A stretch of DNA of 64,000 nt from Vitrella brassicaformis CCMP3155 (GCA_001179505.1 CDMY01000473.1:1-64000), one strand, 5' to 3'. Positions 1 to 15,000 are shown, counted from the stretch's first letter. Made by a program: numbers and translations. Notes: generated by a model not told the origin, from the letters alone.

Positions 1-467
1 GCTGGCCGCTCTCTATCCTGTTGTCCTGAAGCGAGATCGTCAGCCGCGACACACTCACCGAGAACTGCACTCATGAGCCACACACACACACAAAGAGACA
101 CGCATATGTACACGTAGACACAAGCACATGTACAGCCATACATACACACACAGCCAAACAATACAGTACAGACAGACAGACAGACAGACAGGCAAGAGCG
201 TCCATCCGTGCTCTCTCTGCCTGTCGTCCCTATCTCAGCCAGCCAGCCAGGCATCGAGCCCCTATCGAGCCAGCAGGCTGGCCAGAATACGTAGACGTAT
301 ACATACAGACACAGACATACCTTCTTGACTGTGAACGGCTGTTGCTTGCCGCCAATGGGTGTGAGGACAACGTCGCCGATGGTGTTGGGCTGCACTCCGG
401 GCGCCAGAGGAACCTCAAGGACGCCCTTTGTCGTGGACTCACCCTCGCCGCCCTCCATCTCCGCGGG
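1..467 (-). repeat. Near-identical copy of 10507-10973 (two exon parts plus the intervening intron)
   Basis: Direct comparison at offset 10506; I spotted only about 3 substitutions in 467 nt. Confidence 0.95.
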
Positions 468-3043
468 TGGACGAGGACTCGGGGCTTCTTCGGTCGGCGG
501 CGATGCGCCGCTTGGTGCGGCTGGCGCTGATGAACACAGCATCTCATGAGCCCTTCAGAGTCAGGCCTCAACGCTTGGCATCTTACGTATTTGCGGTGGT
601 TTCTTCTTTTTGAAGGCAATTGCCCGCGCCTCCTCAACCTTCTTCTGCCCCTCCTTCACATGTGCCGCGCCTTTCTTCCTCTTCTGGTCTGCCGTGTCAG
701 CTTCGGACTCCTGATCAGCTTCTCGGAGAAGCCCCCTACCCGTGGAAAGATGCTTGACGCCTTCCTCCAGGGTGTCTCGGATGGCTTTGACTGTGCGTAT
801 CTTCTCTTGACCCAGGTCGATCTGCAGTTGGCCCTCCGCTATCTGCCCCGCAGCAAGCAGTTGCTGGCCTTCTTTCAAGAGCCGCATGGCATGCCTCTCG
901 ATCTCAATAGACTTTTCGACAACATCAAGTACATCGTCATGCCCCATAGCAAGAATCTCCTGCTTCAGCGTCTCCGCTTGCTGCAGAAGCTCTTTTCCCC
1001 TGGCGATGATGGCTTCACCCTCCTCCACTTTGCCCTTGGCAACCTGCTCCTTGCCCCTCTCGATGACTTGATGGCCTTCAATCGCAAGACGGAGGGCCTC
1101 TCGATATCTCTTCAGCAGAGTGTTGGGCAGCTTGTGGACCTCATCAGGCTCCTCTTCGCCTGGCGGGACGGAGTTGCAGAACTTGCCGCTTGGCAACTTC
1201 CATCCGCCAGCAGTGCACACCGCCTGCGGCCTTGTGTCGCGTGGGCCCAGGACACATCGGATTGAACGAGTTGCGCCAAGGCTGTGACCGTAGCCGTAGA
1301 CATCGTACAGTGGATCAATCGGAAAAGGCCCGCACGTCACTGCATAAATGAGAGGGACATGGAAACAGGACACAACGCCTGGTGCAAGCTAGCTTATCGT
1401 ACTCTTAGCAGCAAAGGGACACTTCTGCTCTTCATCTTGTTCACTGCCGCCTGAAGGAAAGACTCGCGAAGTGCACTGAGTCAATTCACTAGTTTCCTGC
1501 TTACGATTGAGACCCTTGATCACTTGCGCGGCGTGCAACAGTACGGCTTCGCTCTCCTTCTTTGTGTAAATCAAGATTGCTTGTACGACACCTAAGAAAC
1601 CAATGGAGTCCATTGTTGAGACTTCTAAAACGGAGCTCATCAGGTCATTTACCATAGTACGATTTTGCTGCAGTGTTCCATCCCAAAATAAGGGACTGCT
1701 TTCGGGCTTTGTCAATCTCTTGAATGCAGCTCCTGTGTCTCGTCATTGGAAGCGGTCGGACGCCACTCGCATTCACACTGGCAAACCTTCCGTCCAGCAC
1801 TCCCTGTTTATTCTTATGGACGCCAAACGCCACGATCTGCTCTTTCGCTTCTGCCGCTGGCTCCGATAAGGCCGATGGATTTGTGGGACAGTCCCTTTGA
1901 GCCCAATAGTGACCATCTGATCACAAGAACGTGCCCATGTTTTGCACTCCGCTGTACCTGGCATATGTCGCTATCACCAAGTTACCTTCGAAGCCAATAG
2001 CTTGTGTTGTATCGAGAAGAATGACCTGGTCCGCTCCGACAGAAGGAAGCCCAACGATAACACTACGATTAGCTCGTAGCTGGGGTTGAGAAGAAGAAGA
2101 AGAAATACACACACAATGAAGTGAAGTTGCTGCAACAGACAATCGTTAACAGAGCAGAGTGAGTACCGTTGCTTCGTTTGGCTTCATAGCCATGATGACG
2201 GTAAACTGATCATCTCCCATCACGGCCACGTCCCTATAGCTAACGAGGAACTCCTTCGATCCAAACAGCACGCCACAGCTTCCGGTCCTGAGGATACTCA
2301 CATCGATACATATAACCAGCGGCAAAGGATTCGTATCTGCTCACTCTTTGTACTGCGGCAGCGCAGTATGAAGGGTACCCAGGCTCTTTAGCACTGCAGG
2401 TCGGCCCTCACCCAGATGCCCGAAGCCAACCGAGCTTCCAAGCAAATTCACCCAATGAAGGATGCGCTTCTCAGGCCCAACGACACTCATAAGATCCGGG
2501 TCAGCCACAAAAAAAGCAACCAGATCATCTGATTCCTTCTTGGTCAAATTACCCAAATAGTCACCAGCGTGAGGGATCGCTGCAGAAACACACCTTTTTC
2601 TGCGTCAGTCATGCACTTTGCGAAGTGTATTCTCACGCTTGCACGTCGGCGTGGGTCCGTTGAATTTCCTCTCTTTCAGGCATGTCAGTTCGGAACCGCT
2701 CTGGGGGACGAGGTCGTAGCCCGGAAAGCACGAAAACTTAGCTTTTTGACCGATGGCTATACGGCCCTTTGGTAAGACCTTCCCGGATGTGAAAAAAGTC
2801 GTCGAACAAAACTTGTTCACTGCCTCAGAGGAAGAAGAGCGAGACATCTGATTGCTTACTGGATGCCATGGACCTACCGTCTTGACGTCCAACTACGTCA
2901 ACTATGTATGTCCAACCATCTTGGATGCCGGGGTTTTCGAGTCTCACAGATTCTTGACCGAATATTCAGGTAGTCGGCAAGAGAATTCAGGTAGTCGAAC
3001 ATTCAGGTAGTCGGCAAGAGAATTCCTTTTTAAAATATTGTAA

Positions 3044-3079
<36 letters not shown>

Positions 3080-6000
3080 CCCTCATTGTGATTGGCTTCA
3101 CGCTGCAAAACCTCAAGTTCGACGTGATAATCTCCGTCCGGCAACGTCTTTGTTGACAGTTTAAGTATACCAGCAAGCACCTCAAAAGACCACTGAGCAG
3201 AGCAGGAGAGAAAATGATCATTAAGAGATAAGCGCATCGCTTCGCAGGGCCACCGACCTCTGTGGAAAGCAGCTTGATCATTTCGGCGCTTGCCATATTC
3301 GCTGGTGTGACAAACACATTCGCAATAGCTTCTTTCGTCAGTACCAACAGCACTGAGTTGATAATCGAGGCAGTGCCATCGCTGAGTGTATGAGTGCCCA
3401 AGTCTGAACATTCATGCGTTGAAAGGGTGAAAGAAGCTGATACAGGCATTGGTTGAAGTTACCGATGAGCTTGCTTGGCGGTCTGGGCTCAAATTCGAAG
3501 TCAATAGTATAATCCTGGTCATCCTTTAAGTCAGGATGCGTCACGATGATCTCTCGATCTACAACTACAACCTGAAGCGACACACGAAACAGAGCAAATT
3601 GCCGCATTGCAAAACTGCATTTGCTTTTTCCCCTCATCCTCTTCTACCTCGTCTTCATCGACTTCATATATAATAATTAATTCCTTCTTCGTCCACGGCA
3701 TAGAGAGGGAATTCTATATCAGGCTTGCTGAGGCCTGGAGGAGACGGCACATGAATGGCTCCATCAGCAGGCTTCTTGGGGCCAAGCTCTGCACAAGCAA
3801 GTATGCATGAATGGAGAAGTTGACCGGTGGTGGTACCATGTTTGTGTGTCTTACCCTCCAACTGTGTCTTGTCTGGCACTCGTTTTTTGACCTCAACTCT
3901 GTATTCCAGGTCGTCACGTATCCTCGGGCTTGTGCACGTCAGTTTGCCATCAGCCAAAACGTGCTATTTCAGAAGCCACACAAAAAGTGGCGCTAGTAGC
4001 AGAGCACACATCTAAGGCTTTGTGAGGCTGACCTCTGATGGAAAGAGATGAAGGGAAGGCGATCCATCCGCAGGATGCAGCACCACTCTCTCTATTTCTT
4101 CAGGCTTCAGAGCGTGGTACGACCCAGGAAGAATGACCACAATAGTTCCGTTCTTCGGCGTTTGCCTCCCTGCATCTGCAGCAATTTGAATCATGAAGCG
4201 GTATCACAGTTTTGATTCCTGACAAGTCCATAAATGTCCTACCAATATCGATCGTCTCGCCTTTTGGCTGCACGAAGCGCAGCTCAATCATGTAGGGCCC
4301 ATTGGTTACTCAATCAGGATCGGCGTGCACTACCAATTGATTGTCAGCCGCGGAATACTGTAGATAGGCATTGATGCATGTCATCAATTTGGCTCACGAT
4401 CAGAAAGCCCACCTCTTGTTGGTGTTTGAGTCTGATTCGTGGGCTGTTCGGGATGCCGGCCTTTCTCAATGTGACCTGCAAGATGCTTGTCAATGGAAGG
4501 TCTCTTGTCTTGCGCGGCAGATCCAACACAATGCGTCCGTCCACCGCCTCGTGGGGCACGACCCATTTCAACACCGCCTCCTTGCCGACGAGGTTCGAAT
4601 GAAAGATGCGTTCAACTTGCTTGAAAGAGTCGTCAACGACCCGCATGGTATTCACCGGCTCTGTGGACGGCGGCCTTTCTCCGTACTTTATGATCCCATC
4701 AGCGATATGCAAGAGGGCGTGTGACAACGCAAAGAGGCCCTCAAGGCTAGAAGTTCCTCACATGCTCGTGCCATGAGCCTTCACTACGCTCTCGGCTGCT
4801 GGTTTGAGGCCGTGTGCTGCACTTACGAGCCGAAGCTTGGCCACAGTGGGCGAAGTGTCCGCTTTGGCCGCTTGTTGTACCGAACTCTTCAAGACATCGA
4901 AAGCCGTCGACATCTTTGCTACGGCATCAGTAAGCCCATGCTGATTCATTGTCCCTCCAGCCACCGCCTCGTCAAAGCTCGCCTTGTTCACAGAGACGTC
5001 AATTGGCCCTTGCAAAGTCTGGATCAGTTCCTCTCGCGCCTTTTGAGTATCCCCGCCTTCTGCCTCGATTGCAGCGGCCAAGTCGATGAAATTGGTGGCA
5101 GACTTCTCCACATTGATCGCAGCCGACTCAACAATATGTTCGGCGGGCGTACCCTCTCGGCCTTTCAATAGCTGGATAAGATTGCTGGCTCCCTCTTTCA
5201 GCTCGGCTGCAGTGTCTCGCACCGCTGATGGCTCCGTGTTCAAGGTCCGTGCCTGTCTCAAAGTCTCTTCACAGCTTGCTGCAGCTCTTTTTGTATCCTC
5301 AAGCGCCACTGCTTCAGACGGTGGTATGGTGCCTCTCTCTTCTTGCAGCACTTTGTTGATAGCTTCGATCAGGGAGTGAGCATCCTTTTGAAGTGCAATG
5401 GCAGCTTGCCGCCTACTGCTTACGCCCTCTGATGGAATGAGAGAGTGAGCAGAAGAGATGTCTCCTTATCACTCGGGACACTCACCAGTATGGCGGTCAG
5501 GATCAGGGACGTAAGCTTCCACATACACCTCATACTTGCCATCTTCGATGGCATCGCTTCGAATAGCAAAGCTGCGAACGTAGCTATGAAAGCCCTGCAA
5601 AGTAATCAGGCAGACCAATCAAATGCTTGCATCTCCTTGCCCTGAACTACTAACCGTTGTCATTATCGTTGCTGCAGCGTCAACTTCCAGAAGGACAGTT
5701 GGCGAGCCAGCGATATCATACTGGGCAAGCAGGGATGAGAACAAACGAGGAGAACTAGCGGCATGCGGCGTGAAAGAAGATTATTTACCTCTTCTCTTTG
5801 CAAGGTGATGGTGCTTTTCCTCTCCACGGCCTCAAGAGTCACAGCGATAATGTCCTTTCGCTCAAGAGTCTTGGCTTCCTCCCAGTGCTCGATTGGGATC
5901 TCCTTTCGCACACCGTGGGAAAGAGAGACAACACCAAGACCTGACAAGACAGAGAGAAAAGTTGAAGACATGTAAGAGAAATAAACAGATGAATCGAAAC

Positions 6001-9000
6001 ATCTGAAAGGAGCTTACAGGCGATTTGCCTGATGCGAGCTTCTTTGATGGCAGGTTCTGGAGTCAAGAGCATGAAAAACAAAGAGCAAGCACGTACCGCC
6101 GAAAGAAGAGACGCATACACATGTGCAAGCACGTGGATTGATGAACGCAAATGTGCACCGACCGGACCGGCCCCCCGACAGCCAAATCCCCCACACAGCA
6201 TAGCGTAGCGTAGCGTACCCTCCTCGGCTGGTGGCGCCGGCTTGCCCACTTCTGGCTTGGGCGGGAGGGAAATGTCGTAATCACCCGGCGGCACTTTCAT
6301 ATTGGGCTGCTTTATCACGATCTCTCCATCGACGATGTCAAACTAACCAACCAACCAACCAACCAGCGAGCCACAGGCAGACAGCCATCGAGTCAATCGA
6401 GGGATGGTGAGCCAGGGAAGGGGCTTTGCATCTGTGTGTCTCTGTCTATGTGTGTGTGGTGGTTGGCTATTAACTAAGGACGGACTCACATCTTGGGGTC
6501 TGTGCAGGGGGATCTCGTGACCTTCTTTGTCTTCCAAGGTAATCTCATCGACCTCCTCCGGGGCCACGTTGGGTGGCAAAGGCACGCGTGGCGATTCGCT
6601 GTCCACTGGGTGATGGCCCAGGTCTGCATGAAACCAATGCACACACACAGACAGACAGACAGATCGATCGCACATACTCATGCATCTGCCTCAACAGCAG
6701 GTGTCTTGGTCTGTGTGTCGATGTGTTCGTATGTGTGTGTACCTTCTTTGGGCGGAGGGGGCGGCCTCGCTTCGGGCGGTGGGACCTCGATGGTAATGTC
6801 ATACTGTGGCGGGAGGGAGCGAGGGAGCACGTTCGGGGGACAGGAATGTGAAGCAATGCGCTAGCAGCTTGTTGGCCTGTCTGTCTGTCTGTCTCTATGT
6901 ATGTTTCTGTATGGATATGTGCGTGTGTGTGATCTATGTATCCATGTATCTTACGTCGCCGGGCGGGAGTCTGTCGTTGGGCTTCTTGATGACGACCTCT
7001 CCATCGATGACGTCGAATTCATCGGGGCGCGTGAGGTGGATCGTGTCGCCCGTGTCTTTGTCCTCGAGAGTGATGCCGTCGAAGTCCTCAGGCGGCCTCT
7101 CGGCCAGATCGGGCGGCAGCGGCAGATGGTCGGGCTTCTCCGGGTCGATGGGGTGAGTCCCCAGGTCTGTTAGTGACAGACATACATAGACAGATAGATA
7201 AATGGCAAAGGAATGGGGCCGTACACACAACCAAATCCCCCACACAGCATAGCGTAGCATAGCGTACCCTCCTCGGCTGGTGGCGCCGGCTTGCCCACTT
7301 CTGGCTTGGGCGGGAGGGAAATGTCGTAATCACCCGGCGGCACTTTCGGATTGGGCTGCTTTATCACGATCTCTCCATCGACGATGTCAAACTAACCAAC
7401 GAACCAACCAACGAGCCACAGACAGACAGCCATCAAGCCAATCGAGGGATGGTGAGCCAGGGAAGGGGCTTTGCATCTGTGTGTCTCTGTCTAGGTGTGT
7501 GTGGTGGTTGGCTATTAANNNNNNNNNNNNNNNNNNNNNNNNNNNNNNNNNNNNNNNNNNNNNNNNNNNNNNNNNNNNNNNNNNNNNNNNNNNNNNNNNN
7601 NNNNNNNNNNNNNNNNNNNNNNNNNNNNNNNNNNNNNNNNNNNNNNNNNNNNNNNNNNNNNNNNNNNNNNNNNNNNNNNNNNNNNNNNNNNNNNNNNNNN
7701 NNNNNNNNNNNNNNNNNNNNNNNNNNNNNNNNNNNNNNNNNNNNNNNNNNNNNNNNNNNNNNNNNNNNNNNNNNNNNNNNNNNNNNNNNNNNNNNNNNNN
7801 NNNNNNNNNNNNNNNNNNAGTGACGCCGTCGAAGTCCTCAGGCGGCCTCTCGGCCAGATCGGGCGGCAGCGGCAGATGGTCGGGCTTCTCCGGGTCGATA
7901 GGGTGAGTCCCCAGGTCTGTTAGTGACAGACATACATAGACAGATAGATAAATGGCAAAGGAATGGGGCCGTACACACAACCAAATCCCCCACACAGCAT
8001 AGCGTACCCTCCTCGGCTGGTGGCGCCGGCTTGCCCACTTCTGGCTTGGGCGGGAGGGAAATGTCGTAATCACCCGGCGGCACTTTCGGATTGGGCTGCT
8101 TTATCACGATCTCTCCATCGACGATGTCAAACTAACCAACCAACCAAACAACGAGCCACAGACAGACAGACAGCCATCGAGTCAATCGAGGGATGGTGAG
8201 CCAGGGAAGGGGCTTTGCATCTGTGTGTCTCTGTCTAGGTGTGTGTGGTGGTTGGCTATTAAGGACGGACTCACATCTTGGGGTCTGTGCAGGGGGATCC
8301 CGTGACCTTCTTTGTCTTCCAAGGTAATCTCATCGACNNNNNNNNNNNNNNNNNNNNNNNNNNNNNNNNNNNNNNNNNNNNNNNNNNNNNNNNNNNNNNN
8401 NNNNNNNNNNNNNNNNNNNNNNNNNNNNNNNNNNNNNNNNNNNNNNNNNNNNNNNNNNNNNNNNNNNNNNNNNNNNNNNNNNNNNNNNNNNNNNNNNNNN
8501 NNNNNNNNNNNNNNNNNNNNNNNNNNNNNNNNNNNNNNNNNNNNNNNNNNNNNNNNNNNNNNNNNNNNNNNNNNNNNNNNNNNNNNNNNNNNNNNNNNNN
8601 NNNNNNNNNNNNNNNNNNNNNNNNNNNNNNNNNNNNNTCCTCCGGGGGCACGTTGGGTGGCAAAGGCACGGGAGGCGACTCGCTGTCCACTGGGTGATGG
8701 CCCAGGTCTGCATGAAACCAATGCACACACACAGACAGACAGACAGACAGATCGATCGCACATACTCATGCATCTGCCTCAACAGCAGGTGTCTTGGTCT
8801 GTGTGTTGATGTGTTCGTATTTATGTGTGTGTACCTTCTTTGGGCGGAGGGGGCGGCCTCGCTTCGGGCGGTGTCGGCTGCTTGTAGACCAATTGAAGCG
8901 CATATTGCTTGGATTGACTTATTCTCCCGTCCTTTAGCTCTGCCGTCAGCTTGCCGTCCTTCCTTTCGTACGCAATCTGAAGCAACACGTACATGTTCAA

Positions 9001-12000
9001 ACGAACAAACGAACGAGCCAAAGAGTGAGCGAGTGAGTGGTCGACTGAGCTCGGCCGAGTGCACACATCGACCGACCAAGGACAGATAGGATGTGCAGTA
9101 CTTTACTTTACTTGCCTGCCACTTCTGTATGCGTGTGTACATGTGTGTATATATATGTGTGTATATGTGTGTGTATGTGTGTACGCACGTACGTTGGTGA
9201 CTGTGAATTTCTTGGTGCCGTCCTTGGGCGTCAGGGCAATGCCTTGGACCGTGGAGGTGTCGAGAGTGAAAGGCAAGGTGACTCTCAGCTTCCCTGTGTC
9301 GGTCGGTTGAGAAGGTGGCCCCGGGACGTCTTCAGTTGGTGGAGGGCCTCGGCCTGGCTTGAATACCAATCGCGAAGAGTACCGCTGGCCGCTCTCGATG
9401 CGATTATCGTTCAGCGTGATCGTCAGCCGCGACACACTCACCGAGAACTGCACTCATCAGCCACACACACACACACACACACAAAGAGACACGCATATGT
9501 ACACGTAGACACAAACACATGTACAGCCATACATACACACACAGCCAAACAATACAGTACAGACAGACAAACAGACAGACAGACAGACGGACAAGAGCGT
9601 CCATCCGTGCTCTCTCTGCCTGTCGTCCCTATCTCAGCCAGCCAGGCAGGCATCGAGCCCCTATCGAGCCAGCAGGCTGGCCAGAATACGCAGACGTATA
9701 CATACAGACACAGACATGCCTTCTTGACTGTGAACGGCTGTTGCTTGCCGCCAATGGGTGTGAGGACAACGTCGTCGATGGTGTTGGGCTGCACTNNNNN
9801 NNNNNNNNNNNNNNNNNNNNNNNNNNNNNNNNNNNNNNNNNNNNNNNNNNNNNNNNNNNNNNNNNNNNNNNNNNNNNNNNNNNNNNNNNNNNNNNNNNNN
9901 NNNNNNNNNNNNNNNNNNNNNNNNNNNNNNNNNNNNNNNNNNNNNNNNNNNNNNNNNNNNNNNNNNNNNNNNNNNNNNNNNNNNNNNNNNNNNNNNNNNN
10001 NNNNNNNNNNNNNNNNNNNNNNNNNNNNNNNNNNNNNNNNNNNNNNNNNNNNNNNNNNNNNNNNNNNNNNNNNNNNNNNNNNNNNNNNNNNNNNNCAATC
10101 TGAAGCAACACATACATGTTCAAACGAACAAACGGACGAGCCAAAGAGTGAGTGAGTGAGTGGTCGACTGAGCTCGGCCGAGTGCACACATCCACCGACC
10201 GACCAAGCATAGATAGGATGTGCTGTACTGTACTTGCCGGCCACTTCTGTATGTGTGTGTACATGTGTGTATATATGTGTGTATATGTGTGTGTATGTGT
10301 GTACGCACGTACGTTGGTGACTGTGAATTTCTTGGTGCCGTCCTTGGGCGTCAGGGCAATGCCTTGGACCGTGGAGGTGTCGAGAGTGAAAGGCAAGGTG
10401 ACTCTCAGCTTCCCTGTGTCGGTCGGTTGAGAAGGTGGCCCCGGGACGTCTTCCGGGGGGGGTGGAGGACGGACTCCTTCCTTGAACACCAATCGCGAAG
10501 AGTACCGCTGGCCGCTCTCTATCCTGTTGTCCTGAAGCGAGATCGTCAGCCGCGACACACTCACCGAGAACTGCACTCATGAGCCACACACACACACAAA
10601 GAGACACGCATATGTACACGTAGACACAAGCACATGTACAGCCATACATACACACACAGCCAAACAATACAGTACAGACAGACAGACAGACAGACAGGCA
10701 AGAGCGTCCATCCGTGCTCTCTCTGCCTGTCGTCCCTATCTCAGCCAGCCAGGCAGGCATCGAGCCCCTATCGAGCCAGCAGGCTGGCCAGAATACGTAG
10801 ACGTATACATACAGACACAGACATACCTTCTTGACTGTGAACGGCTGTTGCTTGCCGCCAATGGGTGTGAGGACAACGTCGTCGATGGTGTTGGGCTGCA
10901 CTCCGGGCGCCAGAGGAACCTCAAGGGCGCCCTTTGTCGTGGACTCACCCTCGCCGCCCTCCATCTCCGCGGGAGGTTGTGCTGTGGGCGCTTGCGGGAT
11001 GTATCCTTTCTTGAATACTGCTTTGACCCTATACTCCTGCTTCTCCTTGAGATCAGGATCAAAGATGAGCACACCATTTATCCCCGCTTCTGTCTTTTTC
11101 TGAAACTGAAACAATAGAATCGACAGTCGATTGCTCTCGTCTTCTACGCATAGTACCGTTTTGATTCTGAGCGTTTTTTCTGTCTTTTCTGCTCCCATCG
11201 ACAGCACAATAAATTGATCGACTGCCTCAATGTCTATTCTTGGTGGGATCAAGACGGACAGCTCGCCCCCCACATCGCAGCGAAAAATGCCAATTCGTTC
11301 AAGGGGAGCCAATGAGGTGCCACGTTTCAAGATGATCTTCAGGGTGTATGTCTGCCCCTTTATTATGTTATTTGATGCCATCTGGGCAACGTGTACTCCC
11401 ATTTTTGTCTTTATCTTGAACTGAGATACAACAACGGTGGCATGAGAATTTTCCTTGTCTGAATGCAACCTCTCCTTTCAGTCTATGTAGCTTACCATGG
11501 TGACTGAAAAGAGTAACCCAGCTTCTTTTTGGTTGTTTGGTACCAAAAACAACCTCTCGATTACATCTGGGGACACATCTGGCGGCAGCGGAATTACAAT
11601 AACTCCATCTTGTTCAGCAGTCTCTTTGCCTCCTTTGTGTATCTTCAAAAGCTCAGAACCCTCTTTCAGTACGACCTTGATCCCATAGGTGACGTACTTC
11701 TTGATGCGTTCGTCTGAGATGGACACCTTGGTAATACTGTTCTCGTAAGTCACCTCAAACTGTCGACATGTAGACATAGACAAGAGCTGTTTGCAGCGAT
11801 GTATAGCCAGCCTCATACTGTCCTCACCTTGTGTGCGTTGAACGCGCTTTCATTCGTCCTAGGAGTCAGCACAAACGTATGGATAGCCGGCATCGGTCGC
11901 TCCATCACGGTCGGGATCATTAGAAAGACCTCAAGCTTTCCACCTTCAGCTGCCCTTGCTTCAGGTCCGGAGAGTGTCGTCTTGTTTGGATGAACACCCG

Positions 12001-15000
12001 GTTTAAGCCTTGTTTCAGTCACATAGCTGTGGCCCGCCTTGATTTCTTGATCATATAGTGAGAAAGTGAGAAGGCCTTCGTCTTGCTGCCCTCTCTGGGT
12101 TGTCTTGTTGGTTTGCAGAAGGACCGCCACACTTCGTTGCGGACCGAAGGAAAATTGACAAGCGACAAATTCGGCACAGCAAGCCCTCTAGATGAAGAAT
12201 GTGCTGCTTACCGTCTTGGACTCGAATCGGTTTCCTCGCTTCTCCGTATCTTTGAGTGCAAACGATGCAACGTCGTCCTTGTAGATGCCCTCAGGCAGAC
12301 GCTCTTTAAGAGCGCCGTCCTTCTTTGCGGTATAGTTGCCGCATGCAATCCACACAGTCCCCTTTTCTGATAGTATAGACAGAGAAGAAGCGATGGTTTC
12401 AGCTTTGAATGCAATGCAAAGGCCTACTCTGATCCTCTATTGCCTCCAGCACTTCCTCTATTGTCTCAGTGATGTTCTTTGCTGCAGCAGCGACAGCAAC
12501 AATAGCTCTCGTAAGCAGACGACATGCAATGTATTTTGGGTAACGGTGAGTGAAGAGATGTCTCACGGTCAAGTCCGCGTACAATGAAGCCAAACAGTGC
12601 ACCGAAGAGGTGGAGCAGTTGTTGGACTAGCAAAGCTCTGGTCGAATACAGCGAAGAGTCGTACGTCTCCTGACAGCGTTCATACACGCACACAGACAGA
12701 CAGACAGACACACACACACGTGTGACATTAGTTGTTGGTTTCACTTTAGTCACTTGTAGCAGGTGTCGCCTTAGCAGGGTCTGCTTGGAGCTGAAGCCAA
12801 GAAGCCGCCTTCTCACTTTCGCGAAGTCTGTGGAAAGGGTCTGGTTCATCCTCTGCACCCCACTTGCTCCTCCTTTCATAGGCTTGGAGCACTCTTTCCT
12901 GTTCCTCTGCTGTCGAAGAAGTGACGGAGGGTCCAGGAGAGCTGGGAGTAGGGTAGGGCGGATGTCCGCTAAGACACAGAGAAAGTGCCGGGCCCAAATT
13001 CCGAATATACTCGCCGGCAGGGCCCGGAAAGTCGCCAACCGAGGAAAACTCCACGGGATGGCCACTTTGGTCGATCGAAGAGAAGCTAATGAAGGGGCTT
13101 AGCTGGGTGAGGTTCATCTTGGTGTGGCGTGGGTTAATGCGCAGCGGCTTGCGGAGCTCGATAGCGTTGAAGCACATACCGTTAAGGCGGCACGTGTCTG
13201 ATCGTGAGCGAGAGCAGGTGAAAGGCAACGTCTTGCTCCTGTGTGCAACTAGAGTACCTTTTGTCATGCCGAGAGCTCGAGCTCCTTGCGTCCCTGATTG
13301 GAAGCCAAGCAGAAACGGTCTCGTGTGTACTCGTAATATCCATCTTGTCTACCTTCAGAGAGATTTCTCCAGACAGCTAAAGGCAAGTAGTCAGGCGTCA
13401 CTGATCCCGCCAGCATGTCGATGGCACGCTCCCAGCCGATCTGTACGCCTGCATCGCGATGCGGCTCGTGGACGAGTTGTGCAATCGTGCCAGACTCAGG
13501 TGGGATGCTCTCGCTGAGTCCGACTTCCGAGGTCGCGCTCTTTTTTGGACGAGTGACCATATAGATCAGGCCTCCGTGGGGACCGATTTGGCGAGCATAC
13601 TGAGACTTCAGGAATTGATCGCCATGAAAGTGCACAAAAGGCCCATGTTCTCTAGAGGCAGGCACAGTGGACAGACACGATATCTGCAATACCTGGAATG
13701 GAAACTGTGTCTCCTTACTTGATCAAAGACGGACACACGTCTCCGTTCTTGTCGCACTCAACGGAGGCCTCAAGAGTGCCGAACCCACCGCAGCTCATCG
13801 AGCGCCATCGCTGAATGCGCGACACGCTGGGACCGACTGAGACGAGATCCATACTCGTCTCGTTAGCCACGTAAAGACCCATCAGATTCTTGATGCCCCA
13901 CAGCGGCAGATGAAACAGAGGATTGTATTCATCTATAGACAAAAGAAGCAGGTACCATGCAATCAATCGCATTTGTACAATCGAAGGCTTGCCAACGTTC
14001 CTACCACTCGGCTGGCACTTTGGCATTTCGCCTCTCCAAGTTCCATCTTGTTGGCAGATAATCGTTGATTCCGTAGCCTTGAACATCCCCGAGCAGCACA
14101 GGGCTACTCGTGAGCCACTGGCAAAGCCTTCATCGCTGACGGGGCCCTCAACACGGTAAAAAAAGCCATTTTCAACCTCAGGCACAGGGCAAGCGGCTGA
14201 AACAATGCACATATCGGGGTGCTTGGCCGAGCATTTGAGCGTGTCGTGTCTCTCATTACGCAGGCACGTCGGTCGCAAGCCTTCCTCGTCTGGCTTCCAT
14301 TTTCCCTTCGGGTCGGCGGTTGTGGAACCCGGGAGCTCATTGCAGGAATACATAGTGCCGCCCGTCTGAACCAGACACACAGATATGCCCCCATTCTCCA
14401 TTCACCAAGCTGCGGACAATCTCTGCTTTACCAGGACGTATCCCGTCTTGCATTTCGGTACGACAATGTCGTGCAGTCGATAGCGATTTTGAGCCGGCTC
14501 TATCACCTCAACATTGGTCAAGTGCGGCACGCCTCCGCACGGACCTTTCGCCTTCTTCACGATATCCAAAACCTCTGCAAACGCAAAAGAGGACGCCAAA
14601 CAATGCGCAAGCCAAGGATACACCTGCCCATGGAGTGTTGTCTTTCTTGACCGAATCTACCATGCGATTCCATTGACCGCTGTTCATATTTGAAGACGGA
14701 CGGGTCGGGTGTCAGAGTTGCCCCCTCTCCTTCTCTGCCGACGCACGTGACGCGCCCGACGTGCTCGAATGGCGTCAACTTCCCGCGGTCACACCATGGA
14801 ATGAGGATCGCCCCATCACCGACCGTGCTTCTTGCCGGCGCGACTGTTGCATTGTGAAATTCGTAGTGGCCCCTGAGTAGCCAGGGCACAACACATTCGA
14901 GCGGCGGGGCTGCAGAAAGCCAGAGTTGCAAAAAAAGCAAAGGTGTCCGAGTCTGCTCTTGATAGGCGCTTTGTCGTCCTTACACCAAACGCAAGCTGGC

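Noticed and set aside
546-1265. 239-aa plus-strand Leu-rich ORF
   Set aside because: Antisense shadow of the helical minus-strand exon.
2964-3026. CRISPR-like repeat-spacer pattern
   Set aside because: 13-nt repeats with 3-8-nt spacers, one of them repeated, inside a eukaryotic intron and with no cas genes: a minisatellite.
7280-11468. Long ORFs (e.g. 676 aa at 9438-11468, 354 aa at 9091-10155)
   Set aside because: They read through N runs and microsatellite introns; only the exon parts are coding.
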